DNA from: Octopus vulgaris | Lineage: Eukaryota | Length of the DNA stretch: 64,000 bases | Direction of reading: 5' to 3' | Assembly (NCBI GenBank): GCA_951406725.2 | Contig: OX597830.1 | Span: forward strand, 11,904,001 to 11,968,000 | Shown here: positions 24,761-37,929 of the stretch, in pieces | Numbering within the stretch: position 1 is the first letter of the stretch | How the letters are laid out: the number at the start of each line of letters is the position of its first letter | Notes under the pieces: model-generated | Told to the model about the DNA's origin: nothing | The model's database searches: none | What the model saw: the letters and a program-made list of their open reading frames with translations, nothing else | Made by a program: the position numbers and the translations under genes

Positions 24761-25878
24761 CACTAAACAATTCCCCCTTACTTTCTTCGGTCTCTGTGAA
24801 CTCTGATTCAAACTAGACTTCATACATCATTTCTTACTGACATGCAAATCACATGCTTTATTTCTCTCTAAGACAACAATCTCTCACTCTTTATCTATAG
24901 TCCAGTGGTGTCACCTCTTTCTTGCCTGGATGTCAATAACAAAGGCTTCCAATTACTGTGGATGGATCAAATCTCCTTTGCCAACTTCTCTGTATACCTG
25001 CTACCTCTAATATTCCTCAGACTCCCCAACCACTAATAATTCTTTGACCCTGTTTCTACATTGAAGATGTCCATCTCACTTCACTTCTTTCTCAAGTCAT
25101 TATCTTTGGTAACTGCAATGTTTAAAACCCTTCTTAGCTCTCTCACATGCACCATTCTGATGCTATTGATAAAGGAGTGAACATTTTCTCTACCCTGAAC
25201 TTCTATAAGTCACCTGTTTTCTCCCATCACATGCATCTTTTATTATCACACCCTTGGTCTCTTTCTCACCCCTAAACCAACTAGTAAAATATCTCTGTCT
25301 CTGCATCTATTGGATTGCTTGACTATTGCCTGATCGTGGCTAACCATGGTATGTAACTCTGCTCCTCACTCTTCCAAGGCCCCATAGCAATTTAAGCCAA
25401 TTAAATGATCAGAGTTCTGATCATTTAATTGGCTTGAGTTGCTATGGGTCTAGGAATGTGATTCACTCCCAATCCATCAGAATCAGTTTGGTAGGTCACT
25501 GAAGTTATCCTCTTAAGCATGTCCTACTTTCTAATCATAAACAAACCTCAAAGCTGCTAGTCCTCTAAGTGATTAACTCATACCTGTATTGTAGATCAGC
25601 CAAAGAATATAACCTACAATTCTTGGAAAAATACCCCCTTCCCCACTCTTGTAAGATCATCATCTGCAATATGAAGGATACCTCCACACAGTGTAGAACT
25701 CTAACACCTTTCTATGCCCCATAACACTTCCAGTTAACTTACTGGTTTGAACTTTGTCAGTTCTATGCTAACGATGCCTGAGAGTACAAGTGCTGGTTAG
25801 AACTCAGCCAGTGATATCCTCTTTTCCTTTACTATACAAATAGGATAACTTGATAAACTGTTGTAAACATGCACCATA

Positions 25879-26271
25879 GGCGCAGGAATGGCTGTGTGGT
25901 AAGTAGCTTGCTTACCAACCACATGGTTCCGGGTTCAGTCCCACTGCATGGCACCTTGGGCAAGTGTCTTCTACTATAGCCTCAGGCCGACCAATGCCTT
26001 GTGAGTGGATTTGGTAGACGGAAACTGAAAGAAGCCCGTCGTATATATGTATATATATATACGTATGTGTGTGTGTTTGTCCCCCTAGCATTGCTTGACA
26101 ACCGATGCTGGTGTGTTTATGTCCCCGTCACTAAGTGGTTCAGCAAAACTGACCGATAGAATAAGTACTGGGCTTACAAAGAATAAATCCCGGGGTCGAG
26201 TTGCTTGATTAAAGACGGTGCTCCAGCATGGCTGCAGTCAAATGACTGAATCAAGTAAAAGAGTTAAGAGT
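25879..26271 (+). mobile_element. SINE family A, full length
   Basis: Family match. Confidence 0.9.
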
Positions 26272-27308
26272 ATGCTAAATAAATCTCCTCCAAAAACTAT
26301 TTCTTTCCTTTTCAACAGTATTATCACCCTACACTTACATGCCAGGTGTGATAGCACCTTCGATCCCTTTAAATTAACAAGGTCACTAATTTTGGCAATG
26401 TTCCTCTGATTGTCCTCAAATAACATACCCCATAACTATTCCTATTCTCAATAAATTCTTCAATTTCTCTCTTTCTTCAGAGATATATCCTTACCTTTGA
26501 AAACACTCTATAGAGGGTCTCATTTCTTTGGATGAATAACTCCTCCGATTCTGCCAACTAACATCCTATTTCACTCCTAATATCCCAAAGGTTGTAAAAA
26601 CAACATTAACAACAACAACCTTCTCTATCATCTTGAATCCTTCTTCTTAGTGAATACCAGTAAGGCACTACTAAAGCCAGAATTATGGAAGTGGGCCCTT
26701 GTCTTTGAAATATTTTATGAAAACAGTGTTATCATGGTCAGTATCAGCAAAGCACTTAAGCATTTGTAAGTGATCTCCTGGCAAAATTGTCCACCTATGG
26801 TCTCTGTCTAGCTCTTTTCTCTTAGATTGATGACTTCCTGTGTGAACAAAACTCTTTCGGTCCCACTTTATCATATTTTTGAAAAGGAAACTTTGAATGA
26901 ACAGTGCTTCTCAATAAAAATATGAGCTGATTAGGGAAATTGTTTTATGGTCACTTGACTGGCTAAATATAATAAAATAACCTCCCTCAAGTAAATACCT
27001 ATCATATTAAATAAACAAAGGATATTTAGACAATGTAGTCCTGGATATACTAAAGGAACATCTTTGATTATAGATCAACTAAAAGCTAACCTGTGGTTAA
27101 ACAACATCAACATAAATACGTGACCATGGAAAGCAGGCAGAATCAATGATTGCTTTGTTCAGCCGATTGTATCATATGTCAACAACAACAACAATAATAA
27201 CAGTTTCAAGAGCAGCACAACATCATATAAAGCTTCTATTGATGCATAGTATTTCGACAATTGCAACTTCTTTCTTTCACCTTATATCAAAACTATATAT
27301 TTTTATAA

Positions 27309-27676
27309 TCTCTCTATATATAAACGGCAAAATGTCTGTCTGTGTGTGTGTCCTTTATACAAATCCACAATTTTTCAGTTAGAGAGCTCGCACTTTCTAT
27401 GGTCATTCAAAACCGTTCAAGGGTGGTCGTGCACATCTTTACATTTCCCCAGTCACCCTGCAAAGCCATTAAAAAATCAATAGAAGTGACTTTTTTATGA
27501 ATTTTCTATCCAAAACCCAATCAAAATGCCTGAAACTTGATACGCCAATTGAATGCCAGCTAGCTGTATGTGATTGGTCGGAGATTTGGACAGTACTCGC
27601 GTGTATGTGCGCATGCATGCAGCTGTATATACATGCATTAGCACTATGACCCGGCAACGCCGGGTCATAGTGCTAG
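27309..27676 (+). mobile_element. Non-autonomous Helitron-like element (second family)
   Basis: A|TCTCTCTATATATAAACGGC ... CCCGGCAACGCCGGG hairpin ... CTAG|T. Confidence 0.8.
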
Positions 27677-28534
27677 TGATTAAATAAAATATTTTGAAAA
27701 AGTGGTATCTGAGTCATTAAGAAGCTTGCTTTCTAAACATGTGGTTCTGAGTTCAGTTCTATTGAGGAGCACCTTTGGCAAGTGTCTTCTATAGTGCCAG
27801 ACTGACCAAAACTTTTGAGTGGATTTTGTAGACAGGAACTGAAAGAAGTTCATTGAACGAATGTGTTTGTGATGGCTGTAAACAAGTATTACACTCATAA
27901 AAGTTAATGCTGTTTGTTTCTAGTCTTTTGTGAGAAATGTGTCTGGCCATGGAGAATTATGACCTTGTTTGGAAACGGGTGAGGGTTGGTGACAGGGAAG
28001 GCATCTGGCTGTAGAACATGTTTCAACACATTCTATCAAAGCCATGAAGGCATGGAAAAGTGAATATTAAAAACGAGGGTTTATTTGCATTACTTTCACT
28101 TTCACTTTAGATAATAATTAATAATTGATAGGAGTTTTAGTTGTCTGTGTAATTTGTTGAATTATTTTAGATCTGAGATGCTGCAATAGAATCTATACAG
28201 GTCTTATTTTCAGCCTAATTTTTTCTTTCTCTAAATTTTGATTGTCAGACTTCTGCAGAAATTATGTTTCCAATCACAGCTTCCAATTTATTTTCCTTTG
28301 TAATTCTAAAAGTTTTCTGAAAATTATTAATTTTCATTAACAACTTTTAAATGTTTTTTTCGGTTCAATATTCACTTTCAGAATGGTTTTATGCTCTTTC
28401 CTATATACTTTCATTTGGGTGAAATTTCCCTGGATTTGATGAGATCACAGCCATAATTTTACCCATGAAAACCCTGCAGACTGGTTACTTTGTATTGTCA
28501 TCAGTTTCTGGTCCTCTAGATTGCTTTCATCCCA

Positions 28535-28750
28535 AGTTAATTTTTTGGCTCAAAAAGCAAAAAGCAACGCCATGTAGGGGGACATGGAGTTATGTACAAG
28601 GAGGGTGTTCATGCAAAGAGTTCAGGCCATTTCTGGTCAAGAGAGACTTTGAACTGAGCAGTCGTCGGCATCTTCACTATCTTGTCTGGCAGCTTATTCC
28701 ACGGATCTGCAACCCGGACGGAGAATGCCCCTCTCCTTGGCTGCCATGAA
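28535..28750 (-). mobile_element. CR1-like LINE 3' end
   Basis: Reverse complement closely matches 46826-47100. Confidence 0.75.
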
Positions 28751-28769
28751 CAAGGTTACAGATATTGTG

Positions 28770-29250
28770 CACTCTGCCATAATATCTTTTTCATTATCAT
28801 AGGATGAACTGCCATTTGGTAGTGAAATTTTCTACAACCTCATCTTTAGTGAATCCATGTTTGACAACTTGAGTTTGACTATGGTTGCTAGTACTTGATA
28901 GTCTTCCAGTGGACTTTGGATTAGCTGGTGGGGTACATTTGAGGAGGCTTTGTGGTGATACAACCATGTTTCTGACAGTGTGTAGTTTTTCTCTTTGCCT
29001 TCTTTATGATGTGACTGATTGCTAATAGAGAATACTGGAACTCACTCTTTTTGTCAATGTACTCATTGGTAGTAGACATGTTATCTGTTCTTTGGCAATG
29101 ATGGACCAAAAGATATTTCCTTTGACATTTAACAAAGAGATCTCTAGAAACTGGTCAAGTCCTGTTGAGTTTTCTCCTTTTGGAAGACAATTCCTTTGGA
29201 AGTGTCCAGGGCTGGTGGGGTGCCTGTTTCTGTTTCTAGATCATTCATAA
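28770..29250 (-). mobile_element. Old R2/NeSL-like RT fragment
   Basis: Minus strand reads IVLPKGENS..L.QFLEISLLNV..IFWSIIA..NEYID, resembling early RT motifs of REL-type LINEs. Confidence 0.4.
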
Positions 29251-29677
29251 AAGTTTTACCAGCCTCTTCAGCAGCAGCGGGTAATCTGCCACCTATATTC
29301 TAATTTCTTTTCATTTTGTACATTTTCACTTTCATTCGACCTAGTGTTGTTTCCTATAATTATTCTAATTATACTTTTGTCTTTTTTATATATAACAAGC
29401 ATTTAAGCATGGCTCCTGTATTTTGTTACTACATTTCTTTTACCCATCTTAATTAATGAGCTTTCCATCACTGTAATTATAACCATTTTGTCTTGTGAGA
29501 AGCTTGACAATGTAAGCCTTAATTTTTGCAGTGACTACTCTTCTGCTGCTCTGTTTCTCTCTTTCTTCACTTCCATCCTATTGCAACTTATTTTTGTAAT
29601 AGAGTTGTAGTTCGTCTCATTCTGTTTACTCTCCCTCATTTCCCTGTCTAGAATTACTGCTCACTCTGTTTTTTTTT

Positions 29678-30097
29678 TACTCTTTTTTTTTTTTTCTTTT
29701 TTACGTGTTTCTGTCATTTGACTGCGGCCATGCTGGAGCACCGCCTTTGGTCGAGCAAATCGACCCAGGGACTTATTCTTTGTAAGCCCAGTACTTATTC
29801 TATCGGTCTCTTTTGCTGAACTGCTAAGTGACGGGGACGTAAACACACCAGCACCGGTTGTCAAGCAATACCAGAGGGACAAACACAGATGCACAAACAT
29901 ATACACACACATACATACATACATATATATATACATATACACGACAGGCTTCTTTCAGTTTCCGTCTACCAAATCCACTCACAAGGCTTTGGTCGGCCCG
30001 AGGCTATAGCAGAAGACACTTGCCCAAGATGCCACGCAGTGGGACTGAACCCGGAACCATGTGGTTGGTTAGCAAGCTGCTTACCACACAGCCACTC
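29678..30097 (-). mobile_element. SINE family A
   Basis: Family match. Confidence 0.9.
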
Positions 30098-31079
30098 TTT
30101 TTTGTTTTATTCTCCTTCAGTTAGAAGGAGCCACTTTAAGGCCTTAACCTTGCAAGTTACAAGGTGATCTTCACTAGTGGTGGTGCCTCAAAAAACAAGT
30201 ACTCAATTCATCCTATAAAGTGTTTGGCATTGGGAACAGCAAACTGAAGACATTGGAGCATGACACAATCCTCTAACTTGTCAAATTCTCTTAAACCATT
30301 TGGCCCATGCCTACATAGGAGCTAGATCTTAAATGATGATGATGGCTGGAATTTTTAATAGAAACTTGTGCAATTGGTGATGTTTTATGATTTTATGAAT
30401 CAAATATCTTACCTATTTCAATGGAAAATAACTGATGAATGAAACCTCTAAGACTAGATACCAAAGCTGAGTTTCTGCAAGTTCTCTAACCTTGTCCAAC
30501 ACAAGCTTGGTTCAGTTATACATAGATTAAAAATCTGAATTGGAGTTTGCTGTTCTCTGATAGGACTAAACATTAATATAGGGTAGAAAATGAAATATAT
30601 AAATGACTATTAAAATATATTATTACACAGACTAACAGGAGGGAGGTAGTTCTAGGCACCAATGATAGGATAGAGAATTTAATTAGGAAGAATGTCTTTA
30701 TCAACCACAAATGTTATTTGATAAACCCCACTAAATCAGAGATAGTTTAATGAGCTAATATTTGCTAAGGAAGATTAACAATGAAAGCCTCCATCCTCAC
30801 ATTGTATGCAATACCACTGTGAATAATCTTGTGGTTCTCTTGATATGGCAATGGGACCTTTGACAATACTGACATATGTTAACTTATAGACCCTCTGTTT
30901 TAAATTTCTTTGGTAGAAATTCCTCTAAATCACCAATGGCCTATATAGAGATGATATCTTCACTATATCTAGCAGTCTGAACAGGCATACCCTTGATAGG
31001 TTCAGAGAAAATCTAATTGATATCCTTAATTTTTTTGGACATTTCTATATTAAGTTGTTTGTATTGTATTATCATATTA

Positions 31080-31275
31080 TTGGTTTCAAATTTTGGCACA
31101 AGGCTAATAATTGTTGGGTGGGTAGTATAATGATTATATCAACCCCAGTGCTCAACTGGTAATTGTTTTATTGATCTTGAAAGGATGAAAGGCTAAGTCA
31201 ACCTCAGCAGAATTTGAACTCAGAACATGAAGACACACGAAATGCCACTAAGCATCTTGCTCAGTGTGCTAACGA
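31080..31275 (-). mobile_element. SINE family B, CpG-decayed (further decayed plus-strand pieces at about 31470-31870 and 32560-32720)
   Basis: Family match. Confidence 0.8.
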
Positions 31276-32039
31276 TTCTTCCATCTCACCACCTTCACTG
31301 TATCATATTATTGTGTTGACATGAACTCATTCTCTTGACAAATATGTGAAGATCTTAACTGATTTCCTTGTCACATAAATCTTTTATATTTGTGTCTATA
31401 TCAGTAATATCATCATCACCATTGGCATTACTAGTATACAAGATATTGTTGTTATGAATAAGCGTTATTCAGTGTTGGAAATGGTAGAGTAACAAAGAAA
31501 ATACTTTGCAGCGTTTAGTTATGTCTTTTTATTTTCCATGTCCATTGTCTGCTAGAATGAATTTCTGCCTTACATCTTTCTAAGGGTGAGATAGGAACTT
31601 GATAAAATAAATACCAGTAAAGTACTGGTGTTGATATAATTGACACTTGTCTTCCCCAAAATATGGCTGGTGGATTGAGAGAACCGTTTGAGCATTGGAC
31701 AAAAACCTAGCAGCATTTCCTCCAACTCATTATGTTCAAATCACATTGAAGTCGTCTTTGCATTTCGTCTTTTGGAGGTTGACAAAATAGGTACCAGTCA
31801 AGTATTGGAGTTAGTTATGTACTTACCCTGTCCCTCAAAATTGCTGGCCTTGTGCGAAACTTAGAAACGATCATTGTTGTTGTTATTGTTATTATCGTCT
31901 TGGCCCAGGATTGGTCTTATTCCTGGTAGAATTTATGTGGGTAGTGAGTTACAACCTGTATCTTTAGATATTCGCATGAATTCAAAAGGCCTTTAAGTGC
32001 TCAAAATTCTTCTCACTCTCTTTCCCGTTTCTAAGAGGC

Positions 32040-32540
32040 AAACTTTCAGTAGAAGCTCTGCAGGTGAACGATGTGCCCCCAGAAGTAAATATCTATTGGT
32101 TGGTAGTGGCTGTTCTCTTTGAGATCCAGAGGCTGCAGAAAGGGAAGGAGCTATTGATTCAAGTGGATCAAAAGGATATAGAAGGCAGCCTGGAGCAGAT
32201 CAATCTACCAGGTAGCTAATAACTGTTCATGGTGGTTGAGAGCAGAGAGACATGTGTCACTTGCATGGTGACATGAACCATCTGAAGGTCTTCTGTCTAC
32301 TGCAAAAGAGAGGAGAAGAGAGACCACTCCCCACTGCTGCCAGCACTATTACCACAACAAAAACGAAAACAGCAACAGCACCAGTGGCAGTGTGCTGTCA
32401 CAACAGCAAGAACGGATACAACAGCAGCAGAAACAACAACACCAACAGTAGGAACATCAGCAATGAAAGAAACACCACCCTCAAGAGCCATCACGTCGCA
32501 TGTGACAGCAACAGAAATCTCTCAAACAACTACAGTGGAA
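32040..32540 (+). mobile_element. Possible Tx1-like ORF1 (gag zinc knuckle) remnant
   Basis: CHLHGDMNHLKVFC resembles a decayed CX2CX4HX4C knuckle followed by a T/A/N-rich low-complexity tract. Confidence 0.4.
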
Positions 32541-32974
32541 CAAAAAAACTAACCCATAAGACAATTGACTCTCTTCGTTTGGGACTTCAAATTCTGCCAA
32601 AGTCCACTTTGCCTTTCATCCTGTTGGGATTGATAAAATAAGTACCAGTTGAGTGCTGGAGTCGATGTAATTGACTTAACCCCTCCCCCGAAATTTTTGG
32701 CCTTGTGCCAAAATTTTAAATCAGCACATGTGGTGTGCGTGTGTGTTTGTATTATATAACATTCTTTAATACAGAATTTATGTACACCCTCATCCACATT
32801 TATACATCAAACTACCAATGTCACTTGCATTATGTTGCTCTCACCATCATCCATCATCATACCTTTTTTTTCTTTGTTTCTTCTCACAATTGTATGCTTT
32901 CTCCAAATAATAAGAATATTAACACAACATCATCTACCATCAGCATTTAACGACTATTTTCCATGCTGGCTTAA

Positions 32975-33195
32975 CCCTTTTGTTACCAACCCGGCCAAAA
33001 CCGGCTCTGGCTCTGTAGTACAAATGTCTTGTTTTCATAAGTTTTGCATCAAAATATACCACCAAACCTTAGTCACAATTTATGTTCCTAACACTAGCTT
33101 AATGATAACTAAGTTGTTTTACTAAATTCTTTTCTATATTTAAAATAATTGAAAGAAACACAGAGCATCTCAAAATAAACACAGTAACGAAAGGG
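32975..33195 (+). mobile_element. piggyBac-like MITE
   Basis: TTAA|CCCTTTTGTTAC...GTAACGAAAGGG|TTAA; inverted second copy at 58989. Confidence 0.85.
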
Positions 33196-33791
33196 TTAAC
33201 AGGAACTGTCAAAGCCAGGGACTGCAACAGGTTCCATATCTCAGGCCTAATAAAAACATATTAGTTTGATTTTTATTTTCCTGGAAAATGGTTGGGTATT
33301 ATTTGTGCACTTCTGTCTTTCTCTCCCTCCAACATAATCAACAACCAAAATATAAAGTGTATTTGTACTTGTCTGCTTGTTGCCTGATTGTCTGAGATTA
33401 TATTCATATTCTTGCAGGAATTGTTACTGGTGATGAGTTTAGATTTTCTATTGTGAAAATTGTTTTCTGCTTTATTGTTTGTCAAGCTTTTTTTAGCAAG
33501 TTATTCGGATATTAAGTGCATGGCCCAATTCTATAAGTATGTCAAATCCTGGATGATTGCTAGTACCGCAAAATATATGCTGAAGAGTATTGCATATAAT
33601 GAATATTAGAAAATAATTTTCTTTCATTTCATTTGTTTAATTTGGATTAATTATTCTTCTGATAATGTAAAAGGGTGGTGGTGGGCATGTGGGGGCATTG
33701 AAAAGGGTCATACTTAGTCAGGCATAAGTTCAGGCTTTCATTGAAAATTTTGGTTTGGAAATTTGAATTTTTAGTGCTATTTTTAGTGTTC

Positions 33792-33874
33792 AGCACGATG
33801 GCCGAGTTGTTAAGGCGTTGGACTTAAGTTCCAATGGACATCTGTCCGTGTGGGTTCGAACCCCACTCGTGCTA
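33792..33874 (+). tRNA. tRNA-Leu(TAA), possibly a pseudogene
   Basis: Acceptor stem AGCACGA/TCGTGCT, anticodon stem TTGGA/TCCAA with loop CT-TAA-GT, long variable arm, GTGGG-TTCGAAC-CCCAC T arm, T6 terminator at 33880-33885. The D-loop GG reads TG. Confidence 0.88.
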
Positions 33875-33885
33875 ATAAATTTTTT

Positions 33886-34034
33886 CCCCGTCACTTAGCA
33901 GTTCGGCAAAAGAGACCGATAGAATAAGTACTGGGCTTACAAAGAATAAGTCCCGGGGTCGAGTTGCTCGATTAAAGGCGGTGCTCCAGCATGGCCGCAG
34001 TCAAATGACTGAAACAAGTAAAAGAGAAAAAGAG
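33886..34034 (+). mobile_element. 5'-truncated SINE family A (3' half)
   Basis: Starts immediately after the tRNA terminator. Confidence 0.9.
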
Positions 34035-34229
34035 AAATTTACAATCCAAATGATTTCTAGTCAAAAAATGTAAGCACTTCTCGACTGAGGATTTCTCATC
34101 CTATTGCTTTTAAATTTATTTTTATGGTGCCTGGAGCAAAACCACCATCAGTTTGAGGAATGACAGAGCCATGTATGAAAGCTGAAAAACAAAACCAGCC
34201 GCTGCCATGTAAAAGAGATATAAGCTTGC

Positions 34230-34575
34230 TTTCATGAAACTAAGTGAGAGGTGATGGTGCCAAAAAGGAAAGCAGAAGATGCCAGCAAGTAAATTAATGT
34301 AGTGGACATGAAGATGAAAATACTCTGCACAACAAAGTGGCGTTGCATTAAACACACTCTCAGAAGGCCCAGCATAATGTTACCAGGAAGTCCTATCCTA
34401 CGTGAAAAATTCACAAGGTAAAACGAAAGAATTTCTGGCAATGTGACTTGAGAACAATATGGAAAAATCTGGATTGAGCTGGGAGTAAATGGAGAAGATG
34501 GCCCTGGACAAGAACGAGAGGAGGAAAGTCATGATGGCTAAGGCCCCAGAAAGCACCAAAGGCCTGAAGAAGATA
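34230..34575 (+). mobile_element. Old RTE-like LINE 3' end
   Basis: KWRCIKHTLRRP...SGLSWE..EKMALDKNER, resembling RTE C-termini. Confidence 0.5.
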
Positions 34576-34597
34576 AATATTTTATTTATCTATCATA

Positions 34598-35021
34598 GGC
34601 ACAGGAGTGGCTGTGTGATAAGTAGCTTGCTAACCGACCACATGGTTCCGGGTTCAGTCCCACTGCGTGGCATCTTGGGCAAGTGTCTTCTGCTATAGCC
34701 CCGGGCCGACCAATGCCTTGTGAGTGGATTTGGTAGACGGAAACTGAAAGAAGCCTGTCGTATATATGAAAATATATGTATATATATGTGTGTGTGTGTG
34801 TTTGTGTGTCTGTGTTTGGTCCCCCTAGCATTGCTTGACAACCGATGCTGGTGTGTTTATGTCCCCGTCACTTAGCGGTTCGGCAAAAAGAGACCGATAG
34901 AATAAGTACTGGGCTTACAAAAAGAATAAGTCCCGGGGGTCGAGTTGCTCCACTAAAGGCGGTGCTCCAGCATGGCCGCAGTCAAATGACTGAAACAAGT
35001 AAAAAGAGAAAAAAAAAAGAG
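34598..35021 (+). mobile_element. SINE family A, full length
   Basis: Family match. Confidence 0.9.
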
Positions 35022-35468
35022 TATGACTGAATAGTCAATTTATAATCACTGTTTTATCTACCGGAATCGACTGGATTTTCATACACTGTTCTACCCTGAG
35101 TTATACTATGAAGTTTGATTCAACTACTTATTTGAAAACACCTCTACCCACTCTCAATGCATCTGAATGTTTATTCAACTCATTAACATTCATTCTGTCT
35201 TTCTTGAAAGTTACAAACATCTGTACTAGAGTAGATGAAACAGTTAACATGTTTATAGTTCTCTGCACTTCTAAAGTTTAATTCTAAAGTGGTGATTATA
35301 TCCACTCATTTATAAAATGTATCACATTTTATAATAGTATGATTTGATGTTTTAAACGTTTTATGGTGTCATCACATTTTTAGAAAATAAAAGCATTTAC
35401 AAAATATTCTGCTTGCAATTATGTATTTAAACTTTTTAATATTGTTTTTTTTTCTATTTTATTTCCAG

Positions 35469-35560
35469 TTTGCAACAATGCTTAGGATACAAGTTATTAG
35501 AGCACTGGTAATGACTAGATGAATTCTTCTTCGTTAATGTACACCTAATTATTGTTACAG
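35469..35560 (+). other. Putative non-coding (5'UTR or lncRNA) exon
   Basis: Long polypyrimidine tract plus TTTCCAG acceptor; CAG|GTAAGT donor; stops in all three frames. Confidence 0.5.
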
Positions 35561-35639
35561 GTAAGTCTATTTTAAAATTGCTTTGTGTTACTTATTAAAG
35601 TCATTGAATGATGTAATTGTTCTGGATATATATACAGTA

Positions 35640-36198
35640 TGCTGTGGGTGAGAAGACCCGGCAGGACAAGTGAGGCCATAACCCGTGGCCTCTACCTGGG
35701 ATGTAGCCAGTCCACTTATGCATACCTTTCCTTCTTGGGACACAAAACTCTACTTGTGAAGACCTGTTGAGGCAAGTGAAAATCAAAATCAAAATCAAAA
35801 TCGATCAACATCAATGGAATTTGTAGCTGTGATACCAGTGCCGGTGGCACGTAAGAGTACCATCCGAATGTGGCCGTAGCCAGCACCGCCCTGACTGGCC
35901 TCTGTGCCGGTGGCACGTAGAAAGCACCATTCGATTGTGGCCATTAAAAGCCTCATCTGGCTTCCGTGCTTGTGGCATGTAAAAAGCACCATCTGATCGT
36001 GGCCGTTTGCCAGCCTCGTCTGGTACGTAAAAAGCATCCACTACACTCATGGAGTGGTTAGGGTTAGGAAGGGCATCCAGCTATAGAAACACTGCCAGAT
36101 CAGACTGGGCCTGGTGCAGCCTTCTGGCTTCCCAGACCCCAGTTGAACCGTCCAACCCATGCTAGCATGGAAAGCGGACGTTAAACGATGATGATGAT
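35640..36198 (+). mobile_element. RTE LINE 3' UTR with (GAT)n tail
   Basis: Repeated GGCACGTAAAAAGCACC units and GGAGTGGTT..AGGAAGGGCATCCAGC; related pieces at 42360-42715 and 60880-61105. Confidence 0.8.
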
Positions 36199-37459
36199 AT
36201 TGTATTGACATATGAATATGCTTGAATTGAGAATTTCAGACATTAGACATTTCTTTATTAAATTCGTTATTATTTAAAGTTGCATCCATGGAACATTTGG
36301 CATCACTGGTCCAATCTCTCAATTAATACATAATTTAGGTTCTATTTAGAAGTGTATAATAGTGTTCTTGGTTAGGTAAGGATTATTTCATTTGGGTTCC
36401 AATTTTGACAGATATTTTCAGAAGTATTAGCATTGTTGTTCTTGGAGCTTAAACTCTCTTAAGACGGAATAGAAAAGTTGGTTCCATCAAATAATACCTG
36501 TAACTATTTCTGCCTCAGGATTTTCACTGCATGCATAAAATGCCATTTCACCAAGGATCTACTCCTAAATTTATTTTCTCGTACAACCATAGCATTCTTA
36601 ATTCTTGAATAAAATAGTTTTAATATATTGTGACTGTTCTGTGGATTATCTGTAAATCTTGCTGATTGGATCTTAAGCCATTTGAGATAATGAATAAATT
36701 TAGCTTGTTATCTGAATATCTTTATATATTGGTTTTTATGAATACCCCTTTGGATAATTTGATACTGCACATGAGGATAAACTTTGATCATTTTAGCCTT
36801 CTGTAATGTGTTTAACTAATACTTGCAATGTGTTGCCTATTATGTTGTGGTGAAGCATGTGTTTTTTCAACTGAGAATATATTAACTGTAAATACTAATT
36901 GTAGCTACAAAAAACGTGGCTGTTTCTCTAGATGGTACTCTATACAGTGATAAGCTCTTCCCAATTAGCATTCTGTAGTTTTTGCAGTGCTTTTATCTGG
37001 TGGCATATTTCCTGATTTCAACATTTAAGATTCTAAGATTGTTTTCAAGATCTTTTTTTATAACGGTTTCAAATACATGTCTTTGATTAGATAAAGCAGT
37101 CCTGGTTTAGAATATTATCCCTAACAATTTTATCTGGGGTAGGAGAGAAATAGGTAGATAGATAGATAAAGAGATAGAGGTAGAGAGGGGGTGGGAAGAG
37201 AAATTAACTTTTTCAAATGTTAAAGTTTTCTAAAATTTCATGAGAATTGTACGTGATTCTTCATTTGTTTGTAACTTGAAAGATATTGAAATTGTTATAT
37301 AATTGGTTGTTTATATGTGTTTTCATGTTATGTACCAGAACTTGCTAGCTTGTCATAAGAGATGTTGTTGAAAATGGATAGCATGTGTGAGAGGAGTGGT
37401 GCTGGTAGAAAACAAAGAAACAAAGAATCAGGTCTGCTTCCTAAAGAGAGAGGAGGGAG

Positions 37460-37470
37460 AATATATATAC

Positions 37471-37515
<45 letters not shown>

Positions 37516-37536
37516 CATACATATATATATATATAT

Positions 37537-37599
<63 letters not shown>

Positions 37600-37654
37600 C
37601 ACACACACATACATATATATATATAGCAAGAGAGAGAGAGAGAGAGAGAGAGAG
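37460..37654. repeat. Compound (TA)/(CA)/(GA) microsatellite
   Basis: Directly visible. Confidence 0.95.
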
Positions 37655-37929
37655 ATGAGTTGCAGCAGTCAGAATTTTCATTGGAATAAATGACATAAAT
37701 ACAATTAGAAGATATTCTAGTTCTATTCCCTGTTGAAAAGAAAAGTCTGGTAACTATATGGAGGTCATCATGAGATGTACATTTATGTTCTAGAATGCCA
37801 CATATCCAGAACGCAAGAGTTTTGATAACTGTTGCTAGTGAATAGTTGCTTGGTTTAGTAATAAGTAATTTTATCAAGAGCCACACCGCCATACATGAAC
37901 ATGTACCACTTGCTGTAAGATTGTGGATA

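Noticed and set aside
24780-26600. Pyrimidine-rich old LINE-like sequence (purine-rich counterparts at about 59300-59990 and 62300-62950)
   Set aside because: Probably ancient LINE debris, but I could not recover diagnostic motifs
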